DNA of 64,000 nt from Epithemia pelagica (taxonomy: Eukaryota > Protista > Bacillariophyta). Position 1 is the first letter of the stretch, and every line of letters begins with the position of its first letter. The notes below the pieces were generated by a model. The model was not told where the DNA came from. It was given only the letters and a program-made list of their open reading frames with translations, and searched no databases. Where the stretch lies: contig OX337235.1 of assembly GCA_946965045.2 (NCBI GenBank), forward strand, positions 2,170,001 to 2,234,000, read 5' to 3'. The translations under genes and the position numbers were made by a program. Shown piece by piece: positions 11,264-22,918 of the stretch.

Positions 11264-12386
11264 TGTTGAGCTTGAAAACAGAATCCTGGAGCATGGGGAA
11301 TCGATCGAAATGGAACAAGCTTCCACAAAAAGCTTGTTGTTGGTGGGCGTTGATGAATTTCGGGGCGAGTGGAGAGGACGGACGAAATCTGAGTGACGAG
11401 GCGGGCGCTCAGGGAGAGCTCGGAGCGCGCACTCTTGAAACCCGGTCCATCCATGTTTTGTGGCGCACGCTATCGCATCTGTTGCTCCTAGCTACTCCTC
11501 TCCATAGCTACTCCTAGAGAGTAAAATACGGATAGAGCTCCTAGCGGTGCAAAACATTAGCGCCAGCAGTGACTATTATTACCTCCAAGTAGGAGTACCT
11601 ACTACTCTACTAGTAGAGAGTAGAGTCTCTAGCTAGAGAGAATTCCTAATTCTTCTTTCCATTGGTCGATACAAGAAGATCGAGAGCGGACGATGATGGA
11701 GGGGATAGATCTCCAATAGGAAGTGATGATCGTAGGCCGGAGGTTGCGCTTTTTCTCTTTTTTGTGCTCCCATCCCCCATTCCCATTTCCCATGCTGTAA
11801 TCTTCGTTCATTTTTCTTGTCTTCAATAAGAACGGTCGACAGACGACAGTCGGTCACATCCGTGCGATTGTCCAACCCGGAAGCTATGTACTCGCTCGCG
11901 ATCCAATGTCAACACGAATCCGATAGGTAGTTTGTATGTGGCGCGTTTTTCTCTACAACTCGTAAGCGATCATTTGCATAATAGAGTAGACGAAATAGAG
12001 GGAAAATTTCATACGCCTCGTACAGGTACAGACAGACAGTCAGTTTGACCTTGGGGGATTCGTGTGGAGGATCAATGCGTTGGATCTTGCGAGCCAGTCG
12101 GCATGCTCTCCACAAACTAAAAACTGATCATCGCGTGAGTACACGGGAAAGGACGCAAGACTGCACCAGTGCGATTTTGTTGATCAAAATCGTCCAACCT
12201 TGGAAGGGGACGATAACCGCACGGGAAGCCAACTGTGCTGCTGGCCAAAGCAACAGAGCAACCATCAAGTCGTCTGTTACAGACGCAGCGTAGGCGCTCC
12301 TCATATCGTGTAGCTTTACTCTCTCCTCTTGACCTTGGAAGCCAATAGATTTCTGAGATCGTGCTTCTCGTACTGTGGCTCAAGCA

Positions 12387-15300
12387 ATGGGGATTTTACG
12401 TCGCAAGAAGGATGAGTCTGGCAAATCCCTCTTGGACTCCAACAAACGCGGATTCTTAAGTTTCCGCAAAAGTTCCGTCGATCGGCGTTCCGACAATCCA
12501 GGAGAGACGAAATTAGGCTTGTCATCTGCGCCACACTGGGGAAAGGTTCGATCTCCTGCTACTCCTCCCTTGACTCCGCGATCTCCGGTGGAGGACAATG
12601 AAATTCCCCGAAATGCTCCCGTTGCAGACGTGACGCTCGTCAAGGGGAGATCCAAAATAAAAGAAGGTGACAGTCCTAAGAAAAACTCAAAGATGCCAGT
12701 TTCGGATGACCACAGCGAGTATTCGGACCTAACGGACAACCGAACACAGCAGCGTCTGATTGAACAAAAGGCTGTTTATGAGCGAATTTTGGAGGAACGG
12801 AAAATACGAGAGAAGGCCTTGTTTGATACTCCTCCTCGCTCAGGATCGGGTGGATCTTCCTTACCTAGCAAAGACAAAAGCATGCAACATCGCACTAATG
12901 CGCCTCCCAAGGAGAATGACGAGCCTCCTGCCGAGAGTAACTTCTTTACAGACCTTTTCGGTCTGATGGATATTGCCTGCAAACCATCTGAGCCGAAAAG
13001 GGATGAGTTTGATAACAAAAGCTTTGCTCCTGAGTGGGGAGTAGCACCGACGTACGATGACAGTGAGTTTGGCCAACGACCACCGAAACAACCTTCCACG
13101 ACGAAAAGCAGCAACGCGAGCAACAACAGCCAACTGGACCCCTCCACTGCCGTGTCGGGTGCTTCCTTAGTAGACACTGTGTCCGATACAGCTGACACGC
13201 CAGCAGAAGCTGCAACAGCTATTGAAGTGGATGGATCCGAGTCAAACGATAACGATGACATGTACACCGATGGCGACCAATCGCACCCATCTTCTCGATA
13301 CGATCGCAGTATCCCCCACTCGCCTAAAAGCACGCATGAAAATTTTGAAATGGTTCTAGAAGAGCTCCAGGAAGAAGAGTTTAGTCCTAAACGTCGTTCC
13401 TGGATGAAAAATCCGTTTAATCGGAAAAAGGCGGAACAGGAAACGGTGAATCAGAGGAACGATACTGTTGATGTTGCAACAGAACACCGGGAGATTACGA
13501 TTGCTCCTGACAAGAAACACCAAGCCATGATCAAGCAGGCACTTTTCCCTGATTATGATAGTCCTGCCAATGAACAAGCTGATTCTACCACCCGAGATGT
13601 TCCACGAGTGCTCGAAACCTACCAACCAACCTCAATAGTTGCGCCAGATCAAGTTCACTCACATGACCAGACTCAAGGAATCGAAATACCTCCACCAAAG
13701 GAACAAAGTTACGGTTCATACAAAGACAAACGTGGATCTGCCTCGGCCGATCGCCAGGACTCTGACGACGGAGAGGAAAAGAAGGAAGAAGCCCCGGACC
13801 CCGGTCTTGAATTACCTGACACTAGCAGCGCTTCCACAGGGAGGACGAAGCAGCGCCCCGGAAAACGCATATTTGCATCTTTCCGCCGCCGTACTAAGCA
13901 GAAGAGCGTGGCAACATTGGAACCAGTACAAGAGGGCAAGCCTTCGACTCCCACATCAGAGGTCGAAAACTCGAATGTGTCGCGTCCAAATCCGCTCAAG
14001 GCCGCGCGTAAGAGTCTTCGTCGAAACCGCTCCCGTACTTCTGCTGACGGTTCAAGGAGCTCTGGAGAAAGTGACAATTCGTCTGGAAGCAGGTCTCAAG
14101 AAAAGCCCAACGACAACAATGGAGTTCAAGACTCGGCAGAAGAGGGTCGACTGACGCCTTTAGTAGAGGTGGCTGATACGAAGGACCACGGAGATGACGA
14201 GGACCCTGGCTTTGTGGGTGGTTTTATGGCGATGATATCGGAGACAGTGGCGGCTGTGCAAGCCGGTCAACCAGTCCCCGAAGAAGTCGCAAATATTCCT
14301 GAAAAGAGCCAGAGTAACATTCCACAAAGCAAGACTTGGAAAGAAGACAATGATGAGGAACTTGGGTCGCCCAACGTGGATAGTCCTCCAGATCTCCGCC
14401 GGTCCAAGTCCGCACCTCAGAAGGTTGGTGATAAGCAATTCAAACGACGGAAACAAGTATGGAAGGAAGTGAAAGATCCAAACTCTGGTCGCTCTTACTA
14501 CTACCATCGAATAACCAGACAGACAACATGGACCAGGCCCAAAGAACTGGATGCAATCCAGGAGGAAGAAGAAATTCGTCCTTCTTCAGGTGAAGCCGAG
14601 CCTGCCACTGGGAACGAATCGAATATACGTAATAAGAGCGCAGAAGAAAAGCTCCAACAACTGAGACAAAGCAGAGCAAGTACCGACGATAACGATACCG
14701 GTAAAGAGTCTGTGCGAAAGACGTCTGCACGTGATTTCGATCCCGATGTTTGGAATCAAAAACAAAAAATTGTTGAACTCCTTCAATCCATGGCCCCTCC
14801 GGACGGCACTAGCATTGATAGTCTCATGGCGCAGTACGAGGGAAGAGAGAATGAGTTATTGGCGCATGTCCGCCGGATGAAAGATTCTCGTCCATTTGAC
14901 GAGCCTCTGGGTGCGGAAAACGAAGGTCTGCAAGGAGGAGGGGAATCAACGGTTCAAGGAGTCAACGATTCTATGCGGACAAGAGATTCACACAACTCCT
15001 TCCCTCGTACAACAAGTGGTATTACAAGCAGACAGTCGGAGTCTACTCAACTGATCAAGAACACTAAGAGGAGTCCGCGAAGGAGAGAAGAAAGCACTGT
15101 TGGAGGCACAACTCTTTCAAGTAGCTATGCGATGGGACCACAACCACACGAAAACCAACCTCACCCTGTTCAACGAATTCCAAGTAAGATACCGGCCCCT
15201 CGTGTGCGTACCCGTGAACTGATGGTCGAGGAATTCTCGAATGAAAGATTCAAATCTGAGACGTTCAACAATGACTTAGGCAAGGAGCCGGCCCCAGTAA

Positions 15301-16058
15301 GGCATAGGCCTTTCACCACCCCTTACGGACAATCAACAATCGAAGAGGAAGAAGAACTGAATGATGCTGATTCATCACATGCAAACGATACGGTTTCGGC
15401 GTTAAGCGTAAATGAGATGGAGTTTGTTCATCCATCAAGTTCTCCAGAAGGATCAGACGACTCCAAGCGACGGGCATTGGATGAGGCGATTCGAAGAGAA
15501 GACTGGGACATGGCAGCTTTGATTTCGGAGAGAATGCGCGGGGGTAAGAACAAGGATGGGGGCAGGTCCCGGAACAAGTCTGGTGAATGGAAGCAAAGTG
15601 AATTGGACAAATTCATATCTGAGAACGACTGGGAGGCTGTATCAGAATACATAGCTCGCCTCCGCTCGAAAAGCAGGGCAGAATACAGTGGGACAAGAGG
15701 CACATCGGATTCCCGTAGATCATCACAACGTAAGGGAAAATATTCCGAGATGATTTCATCAGGAAAGCCTCCTTCAAGCAGCTCCAAGTCACGCCGTTCT
15801 TCCGGATATATGGACGACGAGTCGAACAGAGGCAGTTCGATGAAAAAGAGATTTGGAGCTCGATCACAGCTTCAACACACTTCAATTGGATCAGTTGACA
15901 GGAGCTCCTCAAGTGAAGTCTCCGAATCTGATGAATCTGCCTTTTTTAGCTCAGAATCATCTTCGAGTGCTCCTCCCCGCCATCAGCGTTACGATCGTCG
16001 TCGTCCTAGTGGAATGCATAGCAAACCGAGCGGTCGAAAAGGTCAGTCGAGATACTGA
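12387..16058 (+). CDS. Large, mostly disordered protein with one WW domain
   Basis: Single ORF of over 1200 codons; WKEVKDPNSGRSYYYHRITRQTTWTRP is a canonical WW domain; remainder is S/E/R-rich low complexity. Confidence 0.8.
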   Translation: MGILRRKKDESGKSLLDSNKRGFLSFRKSSVDRRSDNPGETKLGLSSAPHWGKVRSPATPPLTPRSPVEDNEIPRNAPVADVTLVKGRSKIKEGDSPKKNSKMPVSDDHSEYSDLTDNRTQQRLIEQKAVYERILEERKIREKALFDTPPRSGSGGSSLPSKDKSMQHRTNAPPKENDEPPAESNFFTDLFGLMDIACKPSEPKRDEFDNKSFAPEWGVAPTYDDSEFGQRPPKQPSTTKSSNASNNSQLDPSTAVSGASLVDTVSDTADTPAEAATAIEVDGSESNDNDDMYTDGDQSHPSSRYDRSIPHSPKSTHENFEMVLEELQEEEFSPKRRSWMKNPFNRKKAEQETVNQRNDTVDVATEHREITIAPDKKHQAMIKQALFPDYDSPANEQADSTTRDVPRVLETYQPTSIVAPDQVHSHDQTQGIEIPPPKEQSYGSYKDKRGSASADRQDSDDGEEKKEEAPDPGLELPDTSSASTGRTKQRPGKRIFASFRRRTKQKSVATLEPVQEGKPSTPTSEVENSNVSRPNPLKAARKSLRRNRSRTSADGSRSSGESDNSSGSRSQEKPNDNNGVQDSAEEGRLTPLVEVADTKDHGDDEDPGFVGGFMAMISETVAAVQAGQPVPEEVANIPEKSQSNIPQSKTWKEDNDEELGSPNVDSPPDLRRSKSAPQKVGDKQFKRRKQVWKEVKDPNSGRSYYYHRITRQTTWTRPKELDAIQEEEEIRPSSGEAEPATGNESNIRNKSAEEKLQQLRQSRASTDDNDTGKESVRKTSARDFDPDVWNQKQKIVELLQSMAPPDGTSIDSLMAQYEGRENELLAHVRRMKDSRPFDEPLGAENEGLQGGGESTVQGVNDSMRTRDSHNSFPRTTSGITSRQSESTQLIKNTKRSPRRREESTVGGTTLSSSYAMGPQPHENQPHPVQRIPSKIPAPRVRTRELMVEEFSNERFKSETFNNDLGKEPAPVRHRPFTTPYGQSTIEEEEELNDADSSHANDTVSALSVNEMEFVHPSSSPEGSDDSKRRALDEAIRREDWDMAALISERMRGGKNKDGGRSRNKSGEWKQSELDKFISENDWEAVSEYIARLRSKSRAEYSGTRGTSDSRRSSQRKGKYSEMISSGKPPSSSSKSRRSSGYMDDESNRGSSMKKRFGARSQLQHTSIGSVDRSSSSEVSESDESAFFSSESSSSAPPRHQRYDRRRPSGMHSKPSGRKGQSRY

Positions 16059-16218
16059 AAAGGATATTTGTGTAAAAAGCCTTATTGATACAGTTAATGT
16101 AGAAGTTAAGTTCCAACCCCACACATGTTAAACAGTGCAATGTTTCTTGTGACTATGCGGAAGAAAACTACACATCTATCGCTGCCTATAAAAGTTGCAT
16201 GCTATGCGAAAGTCTACT

Positions 16219-18162
16219 TTACTCTGGTCTGTACACCAGGAGAATCCCACTGAGTCCATTTCGATCACGGCCCATCGCATATTCGTACCCTTGTTCATTT
16301 AGCCAACTGATGACTGCAGTTTCCAAGGCTCCCCCTCCCTTTTGGTGTGTTCTGCTGCCAACGTGGTGACCTGTCCCCGTAACAATCCACACCTGACCAT
16401 GGCGCTCAAATTTCAATGGCAACACGTTAGAGAGGACGTGACTGAACGTCTTTGTGGACTGAAAATGGAGGTCAACGACGTTCTCTCTTCGCGGTCCTGC
16501 CGACTGTTCCGATACAACTCTATACCGTTCCATCGGGTCAGCAATGTAGAAGGCTGATGCATCCCGATTCTCGTGAGCGCTCCAAAGCTCTTGTGGGATA
16601 TCCACCTTTTTCGGCTTGTATTTTGTGCGGGCATTTAACCGGGAGTTCGTGCTTTGATCTGTGAATTGGGGTGATTTGGATGAGTATCCCTGTGAAGCAA
16701 CGTTTGCAAAAGTAGAGGAAGCTAGTTTCTTTGGAACCGAATGGTTGCTGCTCCAAACTGAAGGAGTACCACCCAGCGCCAGCAGTGAAGGCGTGTGGTG
16801 TTTGCTGCTTTTGTTGGTGCTTGATCCTTGCGTCGGAGCTTGGTACGAAGTTTTAGCTGTAGTCTGACTTCCTAGTGACGGAAAATCAGCCTGTTGATAC
16901 TCTTGCTGTTGTTGTGCGAGGCCTTCCAATAGCCGAGGGTTAAATCCATGCAAAAAGCGACAAGTTGGGCCTTTTCCACATCTCCCTCGTAGCCAGAACA
17001 TGCATGTACTGCCACCAATGTCATGCGAGAACTGGCAGTCACTCCGATAACAGCCATTCTGTAAAAAGTGACGGCAAATCGGAGGAGCATTTAAAACAGA
17101 ATCAATCAAAAACTGGGCTACGTTGACATCTGCTTGGGCCATTTGCGAAGCAGCCACTGCGGCTTCCTCTGAAACGTCAACGTTCATGGAAAGCAGAATC
17201 TCCGTTGCAGTTCCGTACTGTTGCTCCTCTAGATAAAAGTCTCCTAGACCGGCTCCCTCCGAGACATTTGATAATGTGGAGTCAGGTTGGATGGGCACGA
17301 GAGTAGGTGATGCTTGTTGGGCACTGAATGCCTCGTCAATGCTGCTTTGCCTTGATCTACTGGCAGGCACAAACAAAGTACTTGCAAGGTCCTTCGCCTC
17401 ATGGGTTTTGACACCACTACTTCTTTTTGGTGCTTTTTTCTTGTTAGACGTTGAAGACTCTGTGGATAATGCACCCAGAGGTGGAAATGCGTTTTCATCT
17501 GCTGCCGAGTTGCTCATACTATAGGTTTGCGTTGGACTGTGCGCACTTGATTCCGAAATTGATGCGGATAGGTTCCGACCTACCCTGGGTGTAGCTGGGT
17601 CGTCCAGGGCCCCCAAAAGATCCACAGGAATTAAATCATCTGCATGCAGTGGAGATGCCAATGTCGTCTTCTTTTCCTCAATGGGCGTTCCATAGGTATC
17701 GCCGTGTACAAACATGGATTGTTGTGGATTGTCCTCCAACAGTTCAGGTACGGGTCTCTTTGCATTATCAGTCACATTGGCCAGTGAATCTAAAAGACTT
17801 GAAGCACTACCGCCCTCGATACTTCTCCACGGAATCTTATTGGTTCGAACTGCATGTCCAATTGTGTCAAGAGATTCGATTGCTTCTTTCTCCGTACAGG
17901 CACAATGCTCTTGCACGAGCTCAACCAAACTTTCATAATCCGGAATATCCTTAATGCTTTCATAATCCTCTCCCGCGCTTCGAAGCGAGGAGGTCACGTA
18001 GGATCCCAAGCTCTCATCGGGAGGCGGTAGGTTTGTTTTGACACGAGATTCTAGCACTTTTTGTGCATATTCATCAACGTCTTCTGGAGAACAGGCTCGC
18101 CCATTATCTCTGGGCTCGAAAGGGTCACTGTCCCCTATTCTCTTCCAAGATGTGTGGGACAT
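16219..18162 (-). CDS. Tandem CCCH zinc finger plus C-terminal Smr (MutS2-type nuclease) domain protein
   Basis: CRHFLQNGCYRSDCQFSH and CMFWLRGRCGKGPTCRFLH; Smr motifs VVDLHFQ and VWIVTGTGHH. Confidence 0.85.
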   Translation of the reverse strand: MSHTSWKRIGDSDPFEPRDNGRACSPEDVDEYAQKVLESRVKTNLPPPDESLGSYVTSSLRSAGEDYESIKDIPDYESLVELVQEHCACTEKEAIESLDTIGHAVRTNKIPWRSIEGGSASSLLDSLANVTDNAKRPVPELLEDNPQQSMFVHGDTYGTPIEEKKTTLASPLHADDLIPVDLLGALDDPATPRVGRNLSASISESSAHSPTQTYSMSNSAADENAFPPLGALSTESSTSNKKKAPKRSSGVKTHEAKDLASTLFVPASRSRQSSIDEAFSAQQASPTLVPIQPDSTLSNVSEGAGLGDFYLEEQQYGTATEILLSMNVDVSEEAAVAASQMAQADVNVAQFLIDSVLNAPPICRHFLQNGCYRSDCQFSHDIGGSTCMFWLRGRCGKGPTCRFLHGFNPRLLEGLAQQQQEYQQADFPSLGSQTTAKTSYQAPTQGSSTNKSSKHHTPSLLALGGTPSVWSSNHSVPKKLASSTFANVASQGYSSKSPQFTDQSTNSRLNARTKYKPKKVDIPQELWSAHENRDASAFYIADPMERYRVVSEQSAGPRRENVVDLHFQSTKTFSHVLSNVLPLKFERHGQVWIVTGTGHHVGSRTHQKGGGALETAVISWLNEQGYEYAMGRDRNGLSGILLVYRPE

Positions 18163-20075
18163 TCGTGCCAAGACAACAAAAAAGAGTTTTGCGTGTACCA
18201 CGATCGTTGTGTGATTGATCAATGCGGATTCGGGAGATTCAAGTCAGCCTTCAAACAGCGTCAACCATTTCCAGCTTGGCTTCTTGGGCGTCCTCACGCG
18301 TTCCACCGATTCAACCTCGTTACTGCTTCTAACTATCTGTTTCCCTGTGGGATCTTCAGATAACAACCGGTTCTTTGTAATGTTGTGATACTGATGCAAT
18401 GATGCCTCTGCCCATTGCCACTATGGCCACCTGATTCGTTGGATGAGTAATGAGTGCTAACACGCAGTTAACTAAAAGTTCCAGAGAAAGCTTTATTATA
18501 CTTAATTTCGATTAATACACTTCAATTGTTATACTTTACAGCATAGCAGCTTGATGTCACTTCGCTGGGATGACATCACTATAACAATTTTTTGTACGAA
18601 TGTCGATGTGAGACACGAAAAGGACATAAGACACTTTTCTTGAGGACAAAAGGGAAGAATCGAGGCGAGCTACCCATGCTATTCAAATAAGGATGGTAGG
18701 AATTCTCAACCTCTAGTGTGAAGTGTAAAGTTATTTCCCCATCGAGGGAAAGCAGACAGAAAGAGTATGATCAGACTCAAAGTCAATCTCCATTCATTGT
18801 GGAAATGGTTGATCAACAGAGATCCAAAGTTGATTCATGAGGTGATGAAAGCCTATCGCTTCAATGCGATTGCAGAGAATACACTAGGACATTGCCGATT
18901 GGAGTGACCTTGACATCTAGGTACTGTAGTCATGAAGATACATCATACATCATGCGTGGACCTAACAAGTGCTCCCAGAGGCAACAACAGTGCAAGATAC
19001 GAAGCTACAATTTCTAGGAGTAGTTTCTGGAGTTCGCCACGGACCCACGTAACAACGAAATCTGGGCATCGTCAGGGGCGGATTGTGGATGTGGGAACAA
19101 GAAAGGTTGCGCCTAACGCCTCTTCCACGGAACAACGGCTACATGGCAATTGGCAATTCGCTCCACTATTATGTCTCACCTCTCACCCCATTACAACGAA
19201 TTACTCCTATGACCACATCTCTTTTGCTAAATCTAGCCAATAAAGGATTCACCAAAATATGTTAGTGTGATGGAAGATGGAATCCATAAGAGTCATGTCA
19301 GTTTGCGAATCAGAAGGAAGGGTTAACTCCAAATAATTGACTTAGAGTAGCACATGCTCCGAATAACACGACGAAATAGCTCTGTTCGCAAAATATGTTG
19401 AGGAAGTTTCCTTTAGCAAATCCATTAGACCGTCATGGTGAAACTGGGGTATCCTGCATATCCGCTTCCATTTCTCGTCTTCTTTTGTAACGAAGAAATA
19501 AGAAACTCAAAACCTACGGGCAAAAGCTACTGCCGGTACCCCTGTGATCAGTTCTTCTTTGCTGGGGGGGTGTTTGGGGTTTGGGGGTGAAGTGGGGATC
19601 CTTGTATTTCATTCCTGCTTCATTCACGCAACCGAGCCCAAACTGTGCAAACGCAGCAATGGTCCGCTATGACGGTTTTTGTTCCTCATTCTTTACATGT
19701 TTGGTAGTTGGCGATGGGGTGGGGCCATGTTCATGATTCAGGGGGGCGCGATGCGCGCTGGGCGTTGGCGGGTCCACGGTCCCCCAACCGAAAACGCGCA
19801 GTCCAACCGAACGCCCCAAAAGTGTGCGTCCGATGAGACTCCAACCGTCCAATCGTATGGCGACCAACGACCGATGGCATGCTTTTTTGCGGGACTTGAG
19901 CAGCCAGCCAGATCATAGACCTCCGATAATTATTGGAACAGTCTGTTAGCGCATGTACGGCCAAAATCCACACCATCCCATTGCTCCTACCTCTACACAA
20001 AAAGTCAATTGGGCATCCATCCAACAAGAGCAACAAGGAGATTGCTGACCCATTACAGCCTTGTGGGAGTGGACC

Positions 20076-22459
20076 ATGAAGTTTGGGATTGAATCCTCTC
20101 TGTTCTGTTTTTTCTCAGCCACTCTGTTGGTCGAATTATGTCAGGTTGCTGCCAATGATTGGAATCAACTTTCAACAAACCACCGCAGACCATGTTCAAC
20201 CTTCACTATGGAATCCAAAGGTAGGTGCGGGACATGCACGAGAGATCCAATCTCTCATGTGTTATCACGCCTTGGGAGCTCCTCTCACAGGAAGTCTTTT
20301 ACGTGATTTTGGCATGCTGTCACAGTCGATAGTGGACGTAATATCCAATGTATCTGTCGAAGCGGAGACCACGTACTTGTCGAACGCAGTGTTCATTCGT
20401 GTTTGGAGATGATAAACGACCCTCTCCTTGTCAATGAGAAAACTAGCATATCCATGAACGTTGATCATGGCTTCCAAGAGATATTATCACAACAAATACA
20501 CATGTCCGACGTTATCAAAGATCAAGGTAGGGCGACGTCAGATGCTCAGTTGGTATCTGGATTATCACGAGACAGCAGCAATCGACGACGTATGAGACAC
20601 AGGAGACTGAATGACCCTGGAAGCCCCACACCTGTCACGCCTCCACCTACTCCCACTCCACCGCCTCCTCCAACCAACCCACCAACACCTGCTCCTACCC
20701 CGCAACCAACGCCAGGTCCTACGGCAGCACCTTCGAGCAGACCGTCGAGCGACCCTACCAGCTCGCCATCGAGCAGACCGTCGCGACAACCCACTCCACA
20801 ACCTACACCCTCACCAACGGCGGCTCCTACAGATTCCCCTTCGTCGCGTCCTTCGTCCTCTCCGTCTGCTTCACCTCAAGCAAGTCCTTCGTCACAACCG
20901 TCGGGTGGACCAACACGAAATCCAACTCCAGGTCCCACGGTCGCTCCAACCGTGTCGGCGCAACCCTCGTCGAGCCCGTCCGTTTCGCCCACCGATGTGC
21001 CTTCTGTCACCCCATCCTTCTCCCCAACTGGAACGGTAGGTTATCCAGGTACCTCAAATGTACTGCGACTCTGCCCCTCTTGAGTGTCTCACATGTGCGA
21101 TTGCGTGTTCAGCCATCGGTAGCTCCCTCCGCTGCGCCGTCGTCACTTCCATCCGCGAGTCCTTCTCTACCAGAACAACAGTTTGACATTAATGTGTCGA
21201 TTGAAATGCAACTGCCTGGCCTCATGTCGGAGGGGGCTCAGGGAGAGGTATTTGATTTTCAGTTGGGAGTGGCTCAGACGATTGACGAATCTATCAAGAA
21301 TGGAGACTATGGGGAACCCTTGTTCGATCTGAAAGTTTTTGCCAACTTTATCACGCAGGAACGAACGAAACAAACACCGCCCGCTGGAACTCGGCGTTTG
21401 GAGGTTTCAGGCGTCCGAATCATTTTGGTGGTTCGGATTTTGTTTCGGTCCATTGACAAACGGGAAAAGTCCGAGGTCGAAATCATGATTGGTGATGCGT
21501 TCAACAACGAGCTTGAGCGTGAGACGTTCGTTGGACGTTTGAGCACACAAAATAGCTTCTTTGAGCAAGCAGCTGTTGACAAGGTCGAAGTAGAGGGTGT
21601 CGAGCCGGAAGAAGAAAAGCCTGAGGGAAATGATGGATCAGGAGGCGGTGCAACCACTTTAATCATCATTGCTTGTGCGGCTGGAGGTGTCTGTTTGGCT
21701 CTCATGGCACTTGGAGTCCTCGCGGTAAGGAGATCTTCGAGCTTCAAGTCTTTGGGGACGCCTGAGGAGGATGAAATGATTGGCGAAGAACAAAGTCAAA
21801 GTCAAACACCGACAGAATCAAAGCTGGCGGTATCAACCGAAATTCTTGTGGAACGGCAAGACGACATTAGTACCCTTGGGGACCCAGTCTTTGGATTGGG
21901 TGGGATGATGACTGGTAATGCCGAAAGGGATGAACAAACCGCAAGCGTGGGCAATGATTACGATTACACGAAACAATACCTCAGAGCACAAGGATTAGCC
22001 TCTCTCGAAGAAAGTCGCGAGTTGTCGCGGGATCGCTTAGGATCTGGAGGTTCCTTTGAGCAAACACGTAGCAACTCCAACAATTCGGGGGCCTTCTCCA
22101 AGCTGAACAATCCTGTGACTCCTTCGGTGTTTTCGGACGAGGCCTCTTTTGAACTCAAGTTTGGCGAAGGAGCTGTGGAAAATCGGTTTGAAGTCACTGT
22201 TCCACCAGGAAAACTTGGCATGGTGATTGACACTCCGAACGGAGGGGTACCTGCTGTTCGTGCCATCAAACCGGAAAGCGTTCTTGCGTCCAAGGTTCAA
22301 GTTGGGGATCGATTGGTTGCCGTGGACGGAGACGATGTGACGGCCATGACAACCGTGCAGGTTTCCAAACTGATTAGTCTCAAGTCAGACCAACAACGTG
22401 TTTTGGCGTTTTTGACTTCTCGAGACATTCGGTTGAATGATTCAACCGATGGAGCCTGA
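20076..22459 (+). CDS. Single-pass membrane protein A: signal peptide, P/S/T mucin-like repeats, extracellular domain, TM helix, cytoplasmic PDZ-like domain
   Basis: PTPAPT/PSSxPS repeats; intron 21036-21112 joins ORFs 20403-21083 and 21080-22459; TM LIIIACAAGGVCLALMALGVLAV; PPGKLGMVID..V+AIKPES..VGDRLVAVDG. The 5' exon structure is only partly resolved. Confidence 0.75.
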
Positions 22460-22918
22460 AACAAAAGGAACAAGCATTGCTGACCATGGGACCCGTGGGT
22501 TGTTGGAAACTCACAAACATCCCAAACTCACAACTTGGTTCGTCGTCTCGAAAACGCACGATTATGGGTTCAAATAATCATGGCATTCACACATCATGGA
22601 TCCATACGCCCTGTGTTGTTGCTATGTACTACTCATTGAGGGATGCAGAATTCTCTGCTATCTATGGCCTCAGAAATTTTAATGTGAGATTAGATGTCTT
22701 TTTCTACTTGCGATATCTTTGGTAGTTAAGAATGGATTGTTCTCTCCTCTCAGTAATAGGTTATTAATAATTCGCACCCCCAAAACAAACATGTCACCAA
22801 AAGCCTTTAGATGGTTTTTTTGTCCGAAGGATGGATTTAGCGTTTCAAGACAAGAACTGAAATCACGCACAAACAATTGAAAGATCTACAGAAACCACGA
22901 CATGGTTTGCGCTGATAT

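Noticed and set aside
10680-11396. Long antisense or alternate-frame ORFs (10680-11396, 38326-39063, 49518-50141, 53991-54680 and others)
   Set aside because: They shadow well-supported genes on the opposite strand and carry no motifs of their own.
18340-19500. Possible decayed coding or transposon relic
   Set aside because: Only short stop-interrupted frames; no motif or terminal repeats recognised.
19660-20060. GC-rich block that looked like a non-autonomous element
   Set aside because: Only an ~11-bp, heavily mismatched inverted match at the ends; no TSD and no second copy in the window.
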